A stretch of 64,000 nucleotides of DNA from Podospora anserina (GCA_017654855.1 CM030336.1:4836001-4900000); one strand, 5' to 3'; shown: positions 23,846-37,500, counted from the stretch's first letter. Notes: a model not told the origin generated them from the sequence alone. Numbers and translations are program-made.

Positions 23846-26800
23846 ATGTCCTCCTCGGGTCCCATCCGGAAATTGCCTGTCGAGTTACTCCGCGACATCG
23901 TCGAACGGCTACGGGACGCCAACAAGCTGGCATCATTAGCCGCTCTTGGTCAGACCTGTCGCGGCTTTTGGGAAATCATCGACCACTATCTATGGCACCA
24001 TCCACAAGCAGAGGAACCAGAAGTTTTCTACTGGGGTTGTCGGTATGGCCGTGAGACTGTGGTCCGGCGCCTTCTAGCCCTCAACGATGGGCCACCCACC
24101 GGGAATCGGATCTGCGAGTTGAATCATGGCTTGGGTCTGCCTCATACCTGGGTTATGACACCAAACACGGCCAAATACTTTCTCCCTTCAAGCCAAGAGG
24201 TGGTCAAGCCCAGAAAACTGTTTTTATCGAACGTCGACCTGGATGATGAAGAACAGCCAAGGACGGAGAGTACCGCATACCCAATCCATCTCGCCATTCT
24301 GTCAGGCAACGCGGAGCTGGTCAAATACATCACCCTCAGGCTCAACGGCCCGTTGGAATGGCACGACCAGACTTCAAACCGACTGTGTCACTGCGTCAGC
24401 GATGGCCCCGGGATTCGGTTGACGCCGAATCAAGGTAACGCGACATGACCATCGCTCAATGCGCTCCACATGGCCTTGTGCATCGGTCATGAAGACATGG
24501 TCAATTTCTTCTTCAAGCTCCTGCCAGAGGTGGATTGCCCATTGAGAAGCACCTACTACGTGGAACTGACCGTCAAAGACCCCCCCACCCATGCCAGGGC
24601 TGTTAAGACAAGATGTTCACCCATTCACTTGCTGGCAAGGAATGGGCAGCTGAAGTTGCTGGATTCGATGCTGAATCGAAACGACAAGGTCAATTATCTA
24701 GTGGAAAATCTAGACGAGCAATGCCTGACACCGATTTGGCACGCCTATCTCAAAGACCACTGTAAGTCTTCCGAACCATCCGTTTTCATCTGGTAGTTCC
24801 AGGTGAATAGCTAACCAATCTTTCCAGGGGACATCGTGGATCGTCTCCTACAGGCCGGAGCCGATATCGACGACGACCTCAGCAGGGGTTACACCCCTTT
24901 AATCCATGCCGCCATTGCTGGCAATTTGTCTGCTGTCAAAGAGCTGCTCGACCGCGGCGCCAATGTAAACACCACCACAATTACTCGACCACCCCAGTGC
25001 ATGTTTGCCTCGAATCCGAATCACACCTCGTACTATGGCCTTCGGGCCCTCGACATTTGTCTCGCCTCCTCTCCGAACCAGGGAAAGATCAGCTTCCGAA
25101 TCTTGAAACGCAGGACCAAAGAAGCAAGTACTATGTGGAAGCCTCCGGGCAGGACTGCTGCCCAGAAGGAAGTAGAGTATCGCGGTTATGAGCACCAACG
25201 CTTCATGTTAGTTCAGAGACTGATTCAAGCTGGAGCCAACTTGAACGCCAGTATGATATCTGTACACAAAACCCCGCCGTTGGTCGCGGCCGCGGCAGAA
25301 CAGTATGTCTACCTCTAGTACCTGGTGGCGGTAGTCTCTATTGCTAACAGAACTATCCTATCCAGACTCCCAGATATTGTTGATTATCTCCTCGACCGCG
25401 GGGCATCAGTCGATGAACCCGACACCCACGGCATCACAGCCCTGGTTGCTACCCTAGGATACGGCCACTGTAGCTGCCTGTTTCACATATTTCCATCCGG
25501 GGCGAAGCGCCCCCACAACCAACCCATCTGTCGAGGCCTCCAGAAATGCGTCACATTACTCCTTGACAGCGGTGCGTAAATCAGTCCTGTTGGCAGCGAC
25601 TCGGCACTGTTACGGCTTGCCATTCCCTCGAGATACCGTCGATCCGCCGAATCCAAGGGCCGAGCAACCCAGGTTGGGATGAGGCGAGACTGGTATCTTG
25701 CCGAGGAACACAAGGAGAACCTGGCTCACATGTTCATGAGCCGTCACGCCAATCCTAACCTACGATCAGGCTCAATGAGGATTCCGACGATATCGAGCAT
25801 CGAGAAAAATATGCCGTACCTCACCTCGGACTCAACGGTGGTGTTAAACCCCTTGCCGCAGCGCTATGAGTCGTGGTTGTTGTGCAAGCAATCCCCCGTC
25901 GCCACCACAACACGACCGGCCGAGACCTGGCCTTGGTCGCCCCTCCAGCATGCGTTCTGGTCGCGAGACTTTTCTCTGTTCGAAATCTTGATGAGCTACG
26001 GCAATGTTCCACCGGCTGCCGACATTTTCTGGATGTTTCAGGGCATGATCTACTCGCTGATGACCAGCCCCGTAGAAATCTTTTGTCACTTCAGACGAAC
26101 AGATTGGTTGAACCTACTGGCGTTATCACCGGGACAACCACAGTTCCGGGCCCTGCGAAGCCCCATTGCGCTTGCATGGACTTTGGCACTACTACGGGAG
26201 TGTGCTCTGAGCCTGGTAAAAATCCTCGAGACGGACGATGTCAACTGCCTTTGCTACAGCGGAACTGATGCCCCATCACATGATCTTCGAGGATCGTGCA
26301 AAGGCTTGAAGCAACGAGACGTTTCCCAGCTGGCATGGGACATCTGGTCCCTCGGGATTAACCGGGATCACCTCCTCGAAATGGTAGATGCCCGCCGGTG
26401 GCACCCCCGTTACGGATCCCACCGCATCATGGTGGCCACAGTTTGTTTGGAGGAGGCAGTCCTCGCGGCCGAGCTCAGAATCGTCTCGGCTCTCCTTGAC
26501 CTGAATATTGAAGGAATCATCCGACCAGAGACACTCATCATGGCAGTCTCCCTAACCGAAGCCAACCATGTCAGCTCAGCAATCCTGGAGAAGCTTCTCC
26601 AGAAAAGCACCCCGCTTCCCTGCCGCCCTGTACCAACAAACCCAAGACTCGAATCCCCCACCGGCCTCCTCCAACACGCCACCTGCAAGCCCAAAGACAA
26701 GAACACCAACCTCGGCGGCCTAGCCGGTCACCGAGGCTACCCCCACTGCCGCGACCCCCTCCAATACGCAATCTGCACCTCCAACCTCCCCGCCCTCAGG

Positions 26801-27210
26801 ATCTTCTCCCGCCACCCCCTCCCCTGCCCCCTCACAACCCTCTACATCAACGAAGCCACCCTCAGGCTTGACGTCCAAGTCCTCTCCCTCCTCCTCATCC
26901 GCAACCCCGCCTGCAGGTCGGAAGATCCCCCGATCTTCCTCCTCAAAAACCTCCACGACATCTGCAACGGTGTCGCCGACCTCAGGTACCACCACGTCGC
27001 TGGGACTCGCACCTCGGCGTGAGGTTCTCCCAGTTGACGCGGTGGATGGCGTGCGCGGTTGCTCTGATGAGGACGGGGGTGGATTTGGACAGGGCGGTGG
27101 ATGAGAGGGGCAAGTCGGCGAGGGGGTACATTGATGAGTACCAGGGCTACCAGGGCCCGAACCGTTTTTTGAGAGAGGTGGCGAGGAGGGGTGCTCGTTT
27201 GCTCGCGTGA
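23846..27210 (+). pseudogene. F-box-like plus ankyrin-repeat protein gene, disrupted
   Basis: F-box-like KLPVELLRDIVERL...LGQTCR. Ankyrin repeats YPIHLAILSGN, ALHMALCIGH, GYTPLIHAAIAGN, TPPLVAAAAE, GITALVA. Introns 24762-24827 and 25303-25365. In-frame TGA 24446-48, in-frame TAA 25577-79 and a frameshift near 27010. Confidence 0.75.
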
Positions 27211-27863
27211 GGGGATTCGTTTCCTCGCGGGGGCTGGGTGGGGGGATGGGGGATGGGGATGCGTTTGCTTGAGGGGGGATGCGCTCGCTCGTGTGGGAAT
27301 ATGGTTATGCTGAGACGATTTTGAGACGTAATACTTCGTAGATATTTGTACAAACAGAGAAAGAAGAATATAAATTATGGGATGGAAAAAGTTCACACTT
27401 GCTATCAAAAAGTCAAGGGAATACAGTGCCATCCCCTTTATGAAATTACTGGCATATAAGAGTAAAATAACCTCTATTATATTGTGATGTATAGCTCGAA
27501 GTACAATTCTTAGGCCTTTTAAAACAAAAAAAAGGCCTTCAAAGGTCTTGAATAGGAGTTGGAAACATAGTTGAGTGCATATTGACTATCTTTAAAGGCC
27601 TTACAAAAGTAAATGGAAGTTGAAAGCATACCTTTCGAACGCGTATCCCCTGTCTTTAGATGTCTTGAGGGAAACAGAATAGCCGTTGATGATAGTTTAG
27701 GACCTCTTAATTCACTTCTGAAGCACGGTTCACAATATAAAATTGGTTAATTCACTTTTCCCTGCCAATCATTTTATAGGAAGAGAGACACCACAACACC
27801 AAACTCTCCCCACACGCCATCTCCCCCAGCCTACTTACAAAGCCACCCTCCAACCCAACCCCA

Positions 27864-28412
27864 TCACTCCCCCCCACCCTTCCCCGCCAAAACCTCAACC
27901 ACAGCCTTCAACGCCGCACGATCAGCACCCCGTACCCTCTCCACCAACCCGTCACCCGTCAAAGGCACCGACGGGCGAGCTGTCATTCCCTGAACCGCCA
28001 CCCCCTTCGGCGCACCATTCTCAAAGAACAAAAAAGTCGGCATCGCAGACACCCCATACCGCGAGGCAATATTATCAACGTGGTCGACATTCACCTTGGC
28101 GAAAGCAAGCTGGCCGTCTGAAGAGTGCTTGTCGGCCAGCCCGGAGAAGTGTGGTGCAATGACGCGACAAGGCGGACACCAGTCTGCGTAAAAGTCTACT
28201 ACCACATGCTTGGCGGAGGACAGGAGGGCGTCGAACTCGGCGGCGTTGGCTATTTTGTAGACTTTGCCCGAGGTTTCAGGGATGGGCGTGGTGGGTGTAA
28301 AGAGTCGCTTTAGGATCTGGACGTGGATGTCAGCACAGAAGGATATCAACCGGGGGATGGACGGTACCCAGAGTACGATAAAAATCGTGACTAGATAGAA
28401 TGAAGTTTCCAT
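27864..28412 (-). CDS. Thioredoxin with N-terminal hydrophobic segment
   Basis: VVDFYADWCPPCR active site, FAKVNVD and VSAMPTFLFF. N-terminus FYLVTIFIVLWVP is hydrophobic. Confidence 0.9.
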   Translation of the reverse strand: METSFYLVTIFIVLWVPSIPRLISFCADIHVQILKRLFTPTTPIPETSGKVYKIANAAEFDALLSSAKHVVVDFYADWCPPCRVIAPHFSGLADKHSSDGQLAFAKVNVDHVDNIASRYGVSAMPTFLFFENGAPKGVAVQGMTARPSVPLTGDGLVERVRGADRAALKAVVEVLAGKGGGE

Positions 28413-29614
28413 GGTGTCGTTGCGGTTGTGGGGTGCGGCGATGGAGGAGTGGTGTTGTTGCTGAAGAGTGGTGTAAAATGAAAGAGAGAGTGACGTGGCG
28501 GCGGGGATTTCCCTTATGGTGGGGCTAGAGCCTTGGCGCTAGCTATTACTGCATTTCTATTGGTCATTCGATCCGCTTCTCAATTGCCTTGCTCTACTCG
28601 CAGCCTCGCAGCCTCGGCCATCACCTCCAGCACATCAAAAGTCACTGTTGCATAAATTCAAGTACTCAAACACCCAGTGTATTGAAACCCTCCTAAGCGT
28701 TGCATCAAAGACCCTGTCCAACATCCCAAAGGTGTCCCAGCACCTCCACCCACGAATCTGAATCCCACCAATCGACAACCACGGCCACACCAGCCTAGCC
28801 TCACACTCCGGCAACCTATCCCCTAGCACTAGCCCAACCTATTTCCCCTCCGCTCTCGCTTTCGCTTTTGCTTTGCACCCATGACAATAGCCGTTTGACT
28901 GGGGCGCCGTTTCGACCTTTCTGCATCTCTCGGTACCTTCATACCTGCAAGCCACTTTCGCTCTCCGTAGAAAAACGTTGCATCCCACGCAACTCTTGTT
29001 CCAGCATTTGCATATGACTGTCGATCTTTGCGTTTGTGTAGGTAGGTAAGTGTTCAGGTCTGATTGTCACTGACTTGGGTAAGGCGTTTACGCGAAGTCT
29101 AAGGTGCGTTTTTGTTTTGGATCCTCGGAATGGTTGTGTCTGTGGAAGAGGAAGTGGTTTTGGCAAGGGAGTCGCCATGTTGATATACCGAGGCATTTGG
29201 GGTCTGGCCCCGAAAAGACGACTGTGCAAACGGTGTCCTATCAAGTGTTACCTAGACAGCTGGCTGCGGGCTGTCGTCCAGGTCACGAAGTGGGTGACTT
29301 AAAACCCGGAGGGTTGAAAAGTATTAAAGCATGGACCAAGCCAGTGTCATATGAGCAAGAGCGACTACCTCGTCTGAATGCGACATGTCTTGTAAACGTA
29401 GCGATCAGCACTTCACAGACACCATCATCGAGACGCCTGATTGTCACGCTCACAGCCACCTTCCACTCCTGGAACAATTCCAAGGCAGAAACTTGATATA
29501 TTAAGGCAACAGACCTGGGAAGCAGAGTCGCGTTCTCCTCATTTCAACCGAGTCCTAGCCGATATGTCTTGCCCACCACCTACCATCCCGAAAAACACAA
29601 CCCAACCCTCTTCA

Positions 29615-29800
29615 TCATCCTCGGCAGTAACTATCCCCCCTCTCTCGAGCCTCCTCCTCCTTTTCCTTACACTCATCGCAAAGCCTCGTCTCCTTCCTTC
29701 TAGTGATCTTCCTACACCCAAGCGACTTGTCGCATTCCTTCGTGCTTTGCCCGATTTTCTTGGTGCAGCCGGAGCTGGTGATGTCTATGATGGTGCACAT
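29615..29800 (-). CDS. Possible small Cys-rich protein (61 aa)
   Basis: ATG in CATC-ATG context. MC...C...C...C...CDEC spacing followed by a charged tail. No recognisable family. Confidence 0.3.
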   Translation of the reverse strand: MCTIIDITSSGCTKKIGQSTKECDKSLGCRKITRRKETRLCDECKEKEEEARERGDSYCRG

Positions 29801-31709
29801 GATGGATGATGCTTCCTTTTCTTGAGTTGGATCGAGTATGGTGATGATGAGGAGAAGGCTGAACCAGCCTTAGAATAGAGTGAGCCATGTTTAAATATCC
29901 ATGACCTCACAAGTTACTTCGTGGCCTCTTTCGTGAACTATCCGTATCAGAAGGACAACAAATGTCGTTTCACAACTAGAGGCGTTTGATGCCGCTTGTT
30001 AATAGGCAGAGCCGATAATATCCAGACAACAGCTCAGACGATGCTTGATCCAGCCATCACACGACTGCGGCTGTCTTCATCGTCTCATTTGCAATCCATC
30101 CCGGTGACCAATGCTCCACTCGTCGAGGCAGGAATCAGAGTCTTCCAGGCACCGAACTGGATCCAAGCAACCAAAATCTACAGCGTTTCAAGTTTTATCA
30201 GCGGGGTTTTGGCTGTGTGCCCAGCTCCAGAGCCTCAGGCCGCCTACCAGTTTCTCTGTTGAGTGGAATTGGGCTCCTGGGCCGGCGAGTTTGAAGTATT
30301 TGTTAGCGTGCATAGGCCATGCAGAGACAAGTAAAAATCAAGCCTGTTCTGCTCCCGTTGTCATCTCTTCATTTTCATCCTTTCATAATTCACCTCCATC
30401 ATGTGGTCCAAGTATTTGGATGCAATGCTACGCCAACATCAACAACATGTCTCACAACAACTCCAACAAGAGCAATGCCGACAACACATCAGGTATGCCT
30501 GACCCGCAGAGTAGATCACCGGGCGATTCAACATCGTCCGCTGTTGACATGGACTGATACTGCGTGCGGGCAGATTTCATTTACAACAACGCCGCCAACA
30601 ACGACACCACTGAGGTTGAAGGACCGAGAACCACAAGGCATGCTCCCCCCGCGGTCAGGGACTGGGTCCCTGATGAGCATATCAGCGCGCGAGATAGATG
30701 CGTCTAATCGTGGACATGTGCTGATCCCACCTGCGGGTGACAGGTTTCCAGAGGGCGCGTCTTCCCAAACAGCTGGGTTGTTTCGAGGAAGGGGGTAAGG
30801 GTACCTAGATAGATGGAAATTCCATGTGAACATCAATAACAATCCTGCTGTCCACGACCGCACTATCCCCCACTTTCCTGTCAAGCCGAAGAGCTCTTCC
30901 ATCTTTCTCTTCTCGTGTTTTCCACTCCCTCGTTTCCTTCCTTATTATCACACACTACCCCTCCACACACCCATTTGATACTCGCTAATATTTTATTTTT
31001 TGTTTTGCCGGTCTTCTCTCCATTCCGTCCTTCGACTTTTTCGACTGCCAAGTTCCGACCTGTTCATTTTCATTGATGTCCCACTCGACTCTTCCTTCCA
31101 CATCCTCGTTACTCCTCGCTCCATTTTCCAGCTTTGTTTTTTTCCTCTTCGACTTTCCTCCCCCCGAGATTTTGGTTTTCCAATCAAGGGTCGCGCAAGA
31201 GATGCTAGGAATAGCCCAGGTTTGCGCGAACGACTCTGGGGGTGTCATGGTAACTTTTAGAGTTACCCTAGGCCGAGCGTGTTTGGTTTTTGGACATTTT
31301 GGCTGTCGGTCCGATTCTGGCTTCTTTTTTGTTTCGCTGCCGAGCACGTGAGTATGATGGCGTTAAATTTTGGAGGGCTTGAACTGGTCGCTGCCGCCGG
31401 TGACTGAGCAGGAATTTTGTCTCTTTGATGTCACATCATGGGGGGACACGGGGGGAGAAGTTGGCATACTAGTGTTGTGGGGAAGTGAAGGTTAACACTG
31501 CGGCGCATTGTTTATTTTTTTTTATTTTCTTTTAGGAATCTTGTTATTTTTCTCAGAACGCTGGGTAACCCCCGATGTTTGAAGAAAAGATCGATGACCA
31601 CAGCCAAAAAGATATGTCACACCATCGTCAGAGAGACCTAGCTGAAACTTGTGCTAACCATCTGGTCAGCTTGCCATGATTCGACCCCATCTCCAAGACG
31701 AAAAGGATA

Positions 31710-33571
31710 ACGTATATTATAAGCGAGTCGTATATATAAGCGAGTCGTACAGTCTCCACCACGACGCGTCCTCCTTACACCTAACATCAATTTTTTCCAC
31801 AACCCAACATGCCTCCTACTTCAAAGGAAGCCAGGATACTCTTAGCCCTTGAGGCTCTCTAAAAGGACGAAAAATTAAGCCTCCGAGCTATAGCTAAGCT
31901 TTACAACGTACCACCTATAACTCTCTCTAACCGACGCGCCGGCCGGCTTGCACGACGCGATACTACGCCCAGATCAAAGAAGCTTACTTAATCTAAAGAG
32001 GAGGCTATTATTTACTATATTATTAAGCTATTTACGCGAGCTTTTCTACTAAAGTTACGTAGTGTGGAAAATATAGTTAATTAACTATTACGCGTACGTA
32101 ACGCGCCCCCTATTAATAAACTCTAGGCACATAACTTCGTTAAACGCTAGCCATAGCTTTATATACGATTTACGCGTAAATATACTTATTAAAGGGTTAA
32201 ATATAAAGATCCGAAGGTTATTATTAAATAATTTATATTTATACGGAATATTAAAGTTAAATATAATATTATGAATAACGATATTTATAATTTCGACGAA
32301 ACTAGATTTATAATAAATATTATTATCGTAAATATAATAATTATAATTTTGGACGGCTTTAGTAAAATAAAATTAATTTAGTTTAGTAATTATAAATAAA
32401 TAACGATAATCTAAAAGGTTAATACCTTTAATTAAGTTATCTTACCCTTTATTATTTTAATTATATAATATTATTTTATTAATTAATATATAAAATATAA
32501 TTTATTATTTATTTAACGTATTATAATTATTAATAATAATTAAATTATTAATTTAATAAATTTAAATTAAATTAAATATTTTAATTATTATATAGTATTT
32601 CGTACGAAAAATAAATACCGATTATTAATCTTTAATAATTATAAAAATTATTATTTAATTAAATTCGAATATTATTATTAATATAATAATATTATTATAC
32701 TTTATATATTTTTATATTTTTTTTATTTTCTTTAATTATTTAATATTAATTACTTTAAGCTATTAAAATAAATATATAGTTATTAAATCGAAGGTTTAAT
32801 ATATATATATATTAATTACGTAAGTAAATTTAAGTTTCTTTATACTTTCCGTAAAACTTTTTTCGCTTTTATAATAGAGAAAAATATATAAAGTAATTTT
32901 ATAAGTATTAGCTTTATATTATATAATTTAAAAAAAATATTTTTTAAATTAAATATAAAGCTTCGTACATTAATACCTTTATTTTTAAAGCCGGGTACGG
33001 TACTCCGTTAAGTATTTTAAATATTATAAAATCCTTAAAAAATTAATTTATATTTAACGTTTATTAAAATTTATATTATTAATTATTAAAATAATTCTCC
33101 GACTTTAATATTAAATATTATAAATTAATTTATTAAAAATATAATAACTATAATATATTAAATAGCCCTCTTATAAGCAGAGGTCTCTTCGCTCCGTAAG
33201 GCTAATGAGGTACTAAGTAAGCGCCGGAGAGCTAAAAAAACACGTGTACGGCTCGGAGGATCACTTACTATGCAAGATGCATAGGATCTACTAGACCAGA
33301 AGGCCGTAGGTGGGGAGGTAGTGGAAGAAATACAGCCGGATGGCGGTAGTGCAGGGGGGGCTCGTACGACGGTTCGGTGCTGTGGTGTGTGCGGCAAGCC
33401 TGGCCATAACGCACGCACTTGCCAGGAGGCTGGGGAATCATCTGATTCAGCCGTTTCTGATGTAATTATAGTTACTTCCTAATGTTGTTGCGGTATAATT
33501 AAGGATAGTTGTTGTAGGGTGGTGGAGACTGTACGACTCGCTTATATGTACGACTCGCTTATAATATACGT
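31710..33571 (+). mobile_element. RIP-inactivated Fot1/pogo DNA transposon (1862 bp)
   Basis: TIRs ACGTATATTATAAGCGAGTCGTA, TA duplications at 31708-09 and 33572-73. Transposase MPPTSKEARILLALEAL with many RIP stops. CCGVCGKPGHNARTC knuckle. Confidence 0.92.
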
Positions 33572-33634
33572 TAGACAGTGATGATGATGATGCCCCATCT
33601 CTTGTCCCTCCACCACCCCCCTCGCCACACCTTC

Positions 33635-34561
33635 CTAGCCAATAGTAGCATTCTTGAAAAACAAATTCGACCTCCTATCCCCCGCAACACCGCTCGCGAA
33701 GCCCAAAAATAATCTTGTCTGGCCCGCTGCCGTCCGATAGACGGCCATGCCTTCTGCTTCCCTGAAAACAAGACTCTCTCCCGCCTTTGTCAACGTCGGT
33801 CCTTGCATCAGCAACCCAGTGTTCATGTCGACAGTTGCCACTTGAGAGTTGACGCTGCCCCCTGTGACGTCGTAGCTGTCGCCCCATAAGAGGTACAAGT
33901 GCCTGCCATGCGCGGCGTACCCCTGAAACGCGCCGCCGAGCGTGGTGATTGTTGGGATTTTGAAGTTTACCAAGGGGGACGAAAAGTCGCCTGCTGTGGC
34001 GGCGGCGAGGGTGTAGACGGCCATGTGCTTGCCTGATCCGGGGAGGTAATAACGCACTATTAGACGGTTGTTTACTGGGTCGATTGAGCAGGTGAATTCG
34101 GTTGCTGCTGGGATGGGTTTGAATTTTTGGAGGGTGGGACTTGAGGCTGAGAGGGAGGTTCCGGAGGTGAATTTGAAACGGGCTAGGCGGGTGCCGTAGC
34201 CGTTGGAGTTGGCGTCAACTTCTGTCCAGAGGTAGGTGGAGGTACCGACTGCTTGCGCGCCGAAGGAGACGCCGTGGCCGAAGCCAGTCAGGTGCATATA
34301 CCCTACCTGGTTGCCGGAAAAGTCGAGCTGGGTTATGCAGAGGTTGCCGAGGGAGGAGTCGGCGCCGTTGCGGCGCTGGGAGACGAAGAGGCGCGCGTTG
34401 GGGTTGTCGAAGGTGAAGGATTGTTGGACGGTGGAGTCGTGGAGGGTTTTGTGGCGGAAGAGGTCGTAGGAGGGTTTGGTGAGGTCGAAACGGGGGGAAG
34501 AGGGGAGTTGGGCGAGAATGAGTGGGAGGGAAAGGGGAAGGAGGAGGGTGAGAGGGTGCAT
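33635..34561 (-). CDS. Secreted beta-propeller protein, bacterial TagC / phage receptor-binding-protein-like
   Basis: Signal peptide and intronless 308 aa. Motifs VQQSFTFD, GFGHG, YLWTE, FQGY..HG..LYL and REAEGMAV recall actinobacterial TagC-like proteins. Family assignment is from memory. Confidence 0.65.
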   Translation of the reverse strand: MHPLTLLLPLSLPLILAQLPSSPRFDLTKPSYDLFRHKTLHDSTVQQSFTFDNPNARLFVSQRRNGADSSLGNLCITQLDFSGNQVGYMHLTGFGHGVSFGAQAVGTSTYLWTEVDANSNGYGTRLARFKFTSGTSLSASSPTLQKFKPIPAATEFTCSIDPVNNRLIVRYYLPGSGKHMAVYTLAAATAGDFSSPLVNFKIPTITTLGGAFQGYAAHGRHLYLLWGDSYDVTGGSVNSQVATVDMNTGLLMQGPTLTKAGESLVFREAEGMAVYRTAAGQTRLFLGFASGVAGDRRSNLFFKNATIG

Positions 34562-37500
34562 TTTGCTGGTTTGGGAAGGCGAGGGGGAGGCGGAGGGCGA
34601 GGGGAAGAGTTGGAAAAGAAAAAGGGGAGAAGGGGTGGGTGGTGAAGGATGAGGCTGGGTGTTTATGTGTGTATTCAGTGCGGCATCCCAGTGTTATGGG
34701 CTTTAGAATATCAATGGCGGCCCGCGCCGAGCTCCAAGGTGAATACCTACGTATGCATGTCACGCCTTACCCCTGGAAGTAAGCTCTACACAACTATTGT
34801 CCCGTTGAAACTACGCCATCCTAATGAGGAAGGTTGATATGGCGCGATTGGCGCCAGGGAATGGCATCGAGGGGTTGAAGGGATTAACTGGGGTTGATGT
34901 GTTTATAAATGGCGCACTAGTTGCTGGCTGCAGCACGGCCTTTTCTTCACAATCAAGAGGTTGGTATGAAATGGAGGGGAGTTGTGGTGGTAGCTAACCA
35001 ATGATCGTGGCTGGCTTATCAACGTGCAGTTTTGGAGTTGCAGGATTCCAACCAGACACGCACCCCGTTTATAGATCCTGTTAGATTCACCTACTTAGGG
35101 ATGAACCACTTGGCTTTATTCGTGTAAATAGGTAGTGAGTGCAGGGTAGGTAGGGAGAGGAAGTGTGACAGCTCGGTCAGAGAATATGTGTTGCTGATGA
35201 AATGCGGAGCCAATGAGGCGAGTTTTGACGTGGAAAAACTAGACTTTTTGAGCAGAGTTGCCTTCTCTAGCTGGTTGATGTCCCTCATGGACATCATATA
35301 TCTCTAAAGGGGGCTTTTTACCTGTTAACAGTTGTCCTGGCTTGATATGATCCAAGACGGGAAATCCAAAAGTTCTTCCGCGCAGTTTCAACAACCCATT
35401 TTGTGGGCCTTTTGCCACGATACGTGTCCCCGTCAGCAACATCAGAAGCCAGTCCTCGAATAGAGTTAATTTTAAGTGTCTTAGAAAGGGCTGTATATTC
35501 TGAAGGGTGAGGAGAATACACTGCACGGGTCGTGCTGGAGGGGCGGCGTTGCATAGCATGCGGGTTTGCCACCAGTGGTGGCTCGAGTAGGTACCTATCA
35601 AAAGGGGCTGAAGCCACGGCGCACACAGCGTTGAATCTCAGGTTGCCTCTGACATACCCATAGACGAGACCATGACCCTGCGACTTGGGCCTGAGTTTCT
35701 TAACATCGCTATATGGGCCTCAAGGTAATCTCTGCCACATAAGATGCGATCTGCAAGTTTGAAGTACCACAAGATATGCCCCTTTACAGCTCCGCTTGGA
35801 AAGGTGTCTTGCTCGCTAGTGGCGATAGCGAGTCGCTACCAAGAGTCTCGACATTGACAGTCGAACTGATCGGTTCACTCTAACCTGAACGGAGTTTCCT
35901 GGAGTGTATTATTCATGAAGGACAGGTTGCCTATGGACTCGTATCAATTACACCAGAGTTGCAAGCACGTTAAAAGAAAGAGCACGTGAAATGATGGAAA
36001 GCCAGAGGTCTTGTTAGTAGGGCATGACAGATGGCCAATCCTGAGTGCTCTTTGATAGCAGGTCCACTGTGAGCCAGCTGGGCTCGCATGATATCACTCC
36101 ATGGCCTCATTCTCTCCGAGTACGCCAGCAAGCAACAAAAGACATGGTGATTTCGGCGGCGATGCCGTCATCAGTCGGCCCGTCCGCTTGCCCTGTCCGG
36201 AACCCATTCTAGCCAGGCGCGAGCAACCGTACACCGACTTGAAGACCTTGAACAACCGTCCTTGATATTCTTCAATCAATCCCACACGCCATCTCAACAC
36301 ACAACCTGCCCCCAGAGCAGATTGATTGCCTTACGGCCGTCAACGGTAACGCCTCAACCGCCACTGGCGTCGCGCCACCCTGCAAGCCCACCCGTTCAGA
36401 GGCTGTTTGATGCAGATGACGTCTGTCCCCCCTGACGATCAAAACAGCATAACCGCCAAGCAGCGCAAACTGGCTCGCTCGATCTTTGTGAGACCGCGAC
36501 CAACTGCCAATCACCCTAACACCGGAGCTGACGGGGGCGGAGATTTTAACAGCTTTGGGTTAGGACTGGACGGTAGGGCGATGGTGCAAAAAAACGTTGA
36601 AGCGGCTTGGTCTCGGAGAGGAGGATCGGGGTGTCTAGTACAACAGCTATTGCCGTGATGGCGATGACGGAGCGGAGTGGGATGTGAACGGGGTGTGCCC
36701 CCCCTCGGTCCCGAGCAGGTGGAATGGGACAGTCATGAATGATGTGATTTTGGCGGTTAGAATTTCTCCCGGCAAAGACGAACAGAGTGTGGAAGGGAAT
36801 TTGCGAGTCGTAAACAGAGCACGATTCGGAGGCGAAGGAGGAGGAAATAACCGACCGAGCCTTTAGTCGGGGTGGACAAGATCTGGCGGCTGCAAAGTGG
36901 TGCCAGAAGAGATGTCGTTCATGTCGGACATTTTCCATTTACGCGCGTGTGCTTGGAGCTGGGGGTGGTCCTTGTCAGTCGGGGGACAACCCCTGTGCGT
37001 CAAAAGTCCCGTCTTGTTACCCCCCCGCATACGTACCGTTGTCAAATTGGGAAGGATGCAGGTCGTGTAACAGTGGACAGTGGGTGTCAGCAAGTGCCGT
37101 CTGAAGCCGGTGCCGGGGGAGACATCTCGCGCCCGGGCTTGCCTGCGGTGCCGCGCCTGTCTCTGATGCAAAGTCTGTGGAGGTCTCTTGTGGGATCAAA
37201 ACAGTCATCGGAGGGCTTGCGTAGTCAAGATGCTGCTTCCAAGACAGGGGCTGTGGTTCATCCAAGCATGCAGATACCCAAACGCCAACGCCACGAGGCC
37301 ACTCACTCCCTAGAACCGATTTGCGACAACTGCGTCACCTCTCGGCCGAAGCGTAGATATTTCTCATGGCTGTCTTGGGACCAGAAGCTGACACCCCGCG
37401 TGAGGTCTCAGGCTGGGACCAAAATGTCTTGCAGGTCGGATGTCGGAGCGGCAGACTCCGATAAACGACCCTCCCCCTCAGACATGAAGCGCTCACATGT

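Noticed and set aside
27360-27720. AT-rich patch with AAAGGCCTT motifs (similar patch near 4200-4420) as transposon relics
   Set aside because: No termini or target duplication could be defined, so the evidence is too weak.
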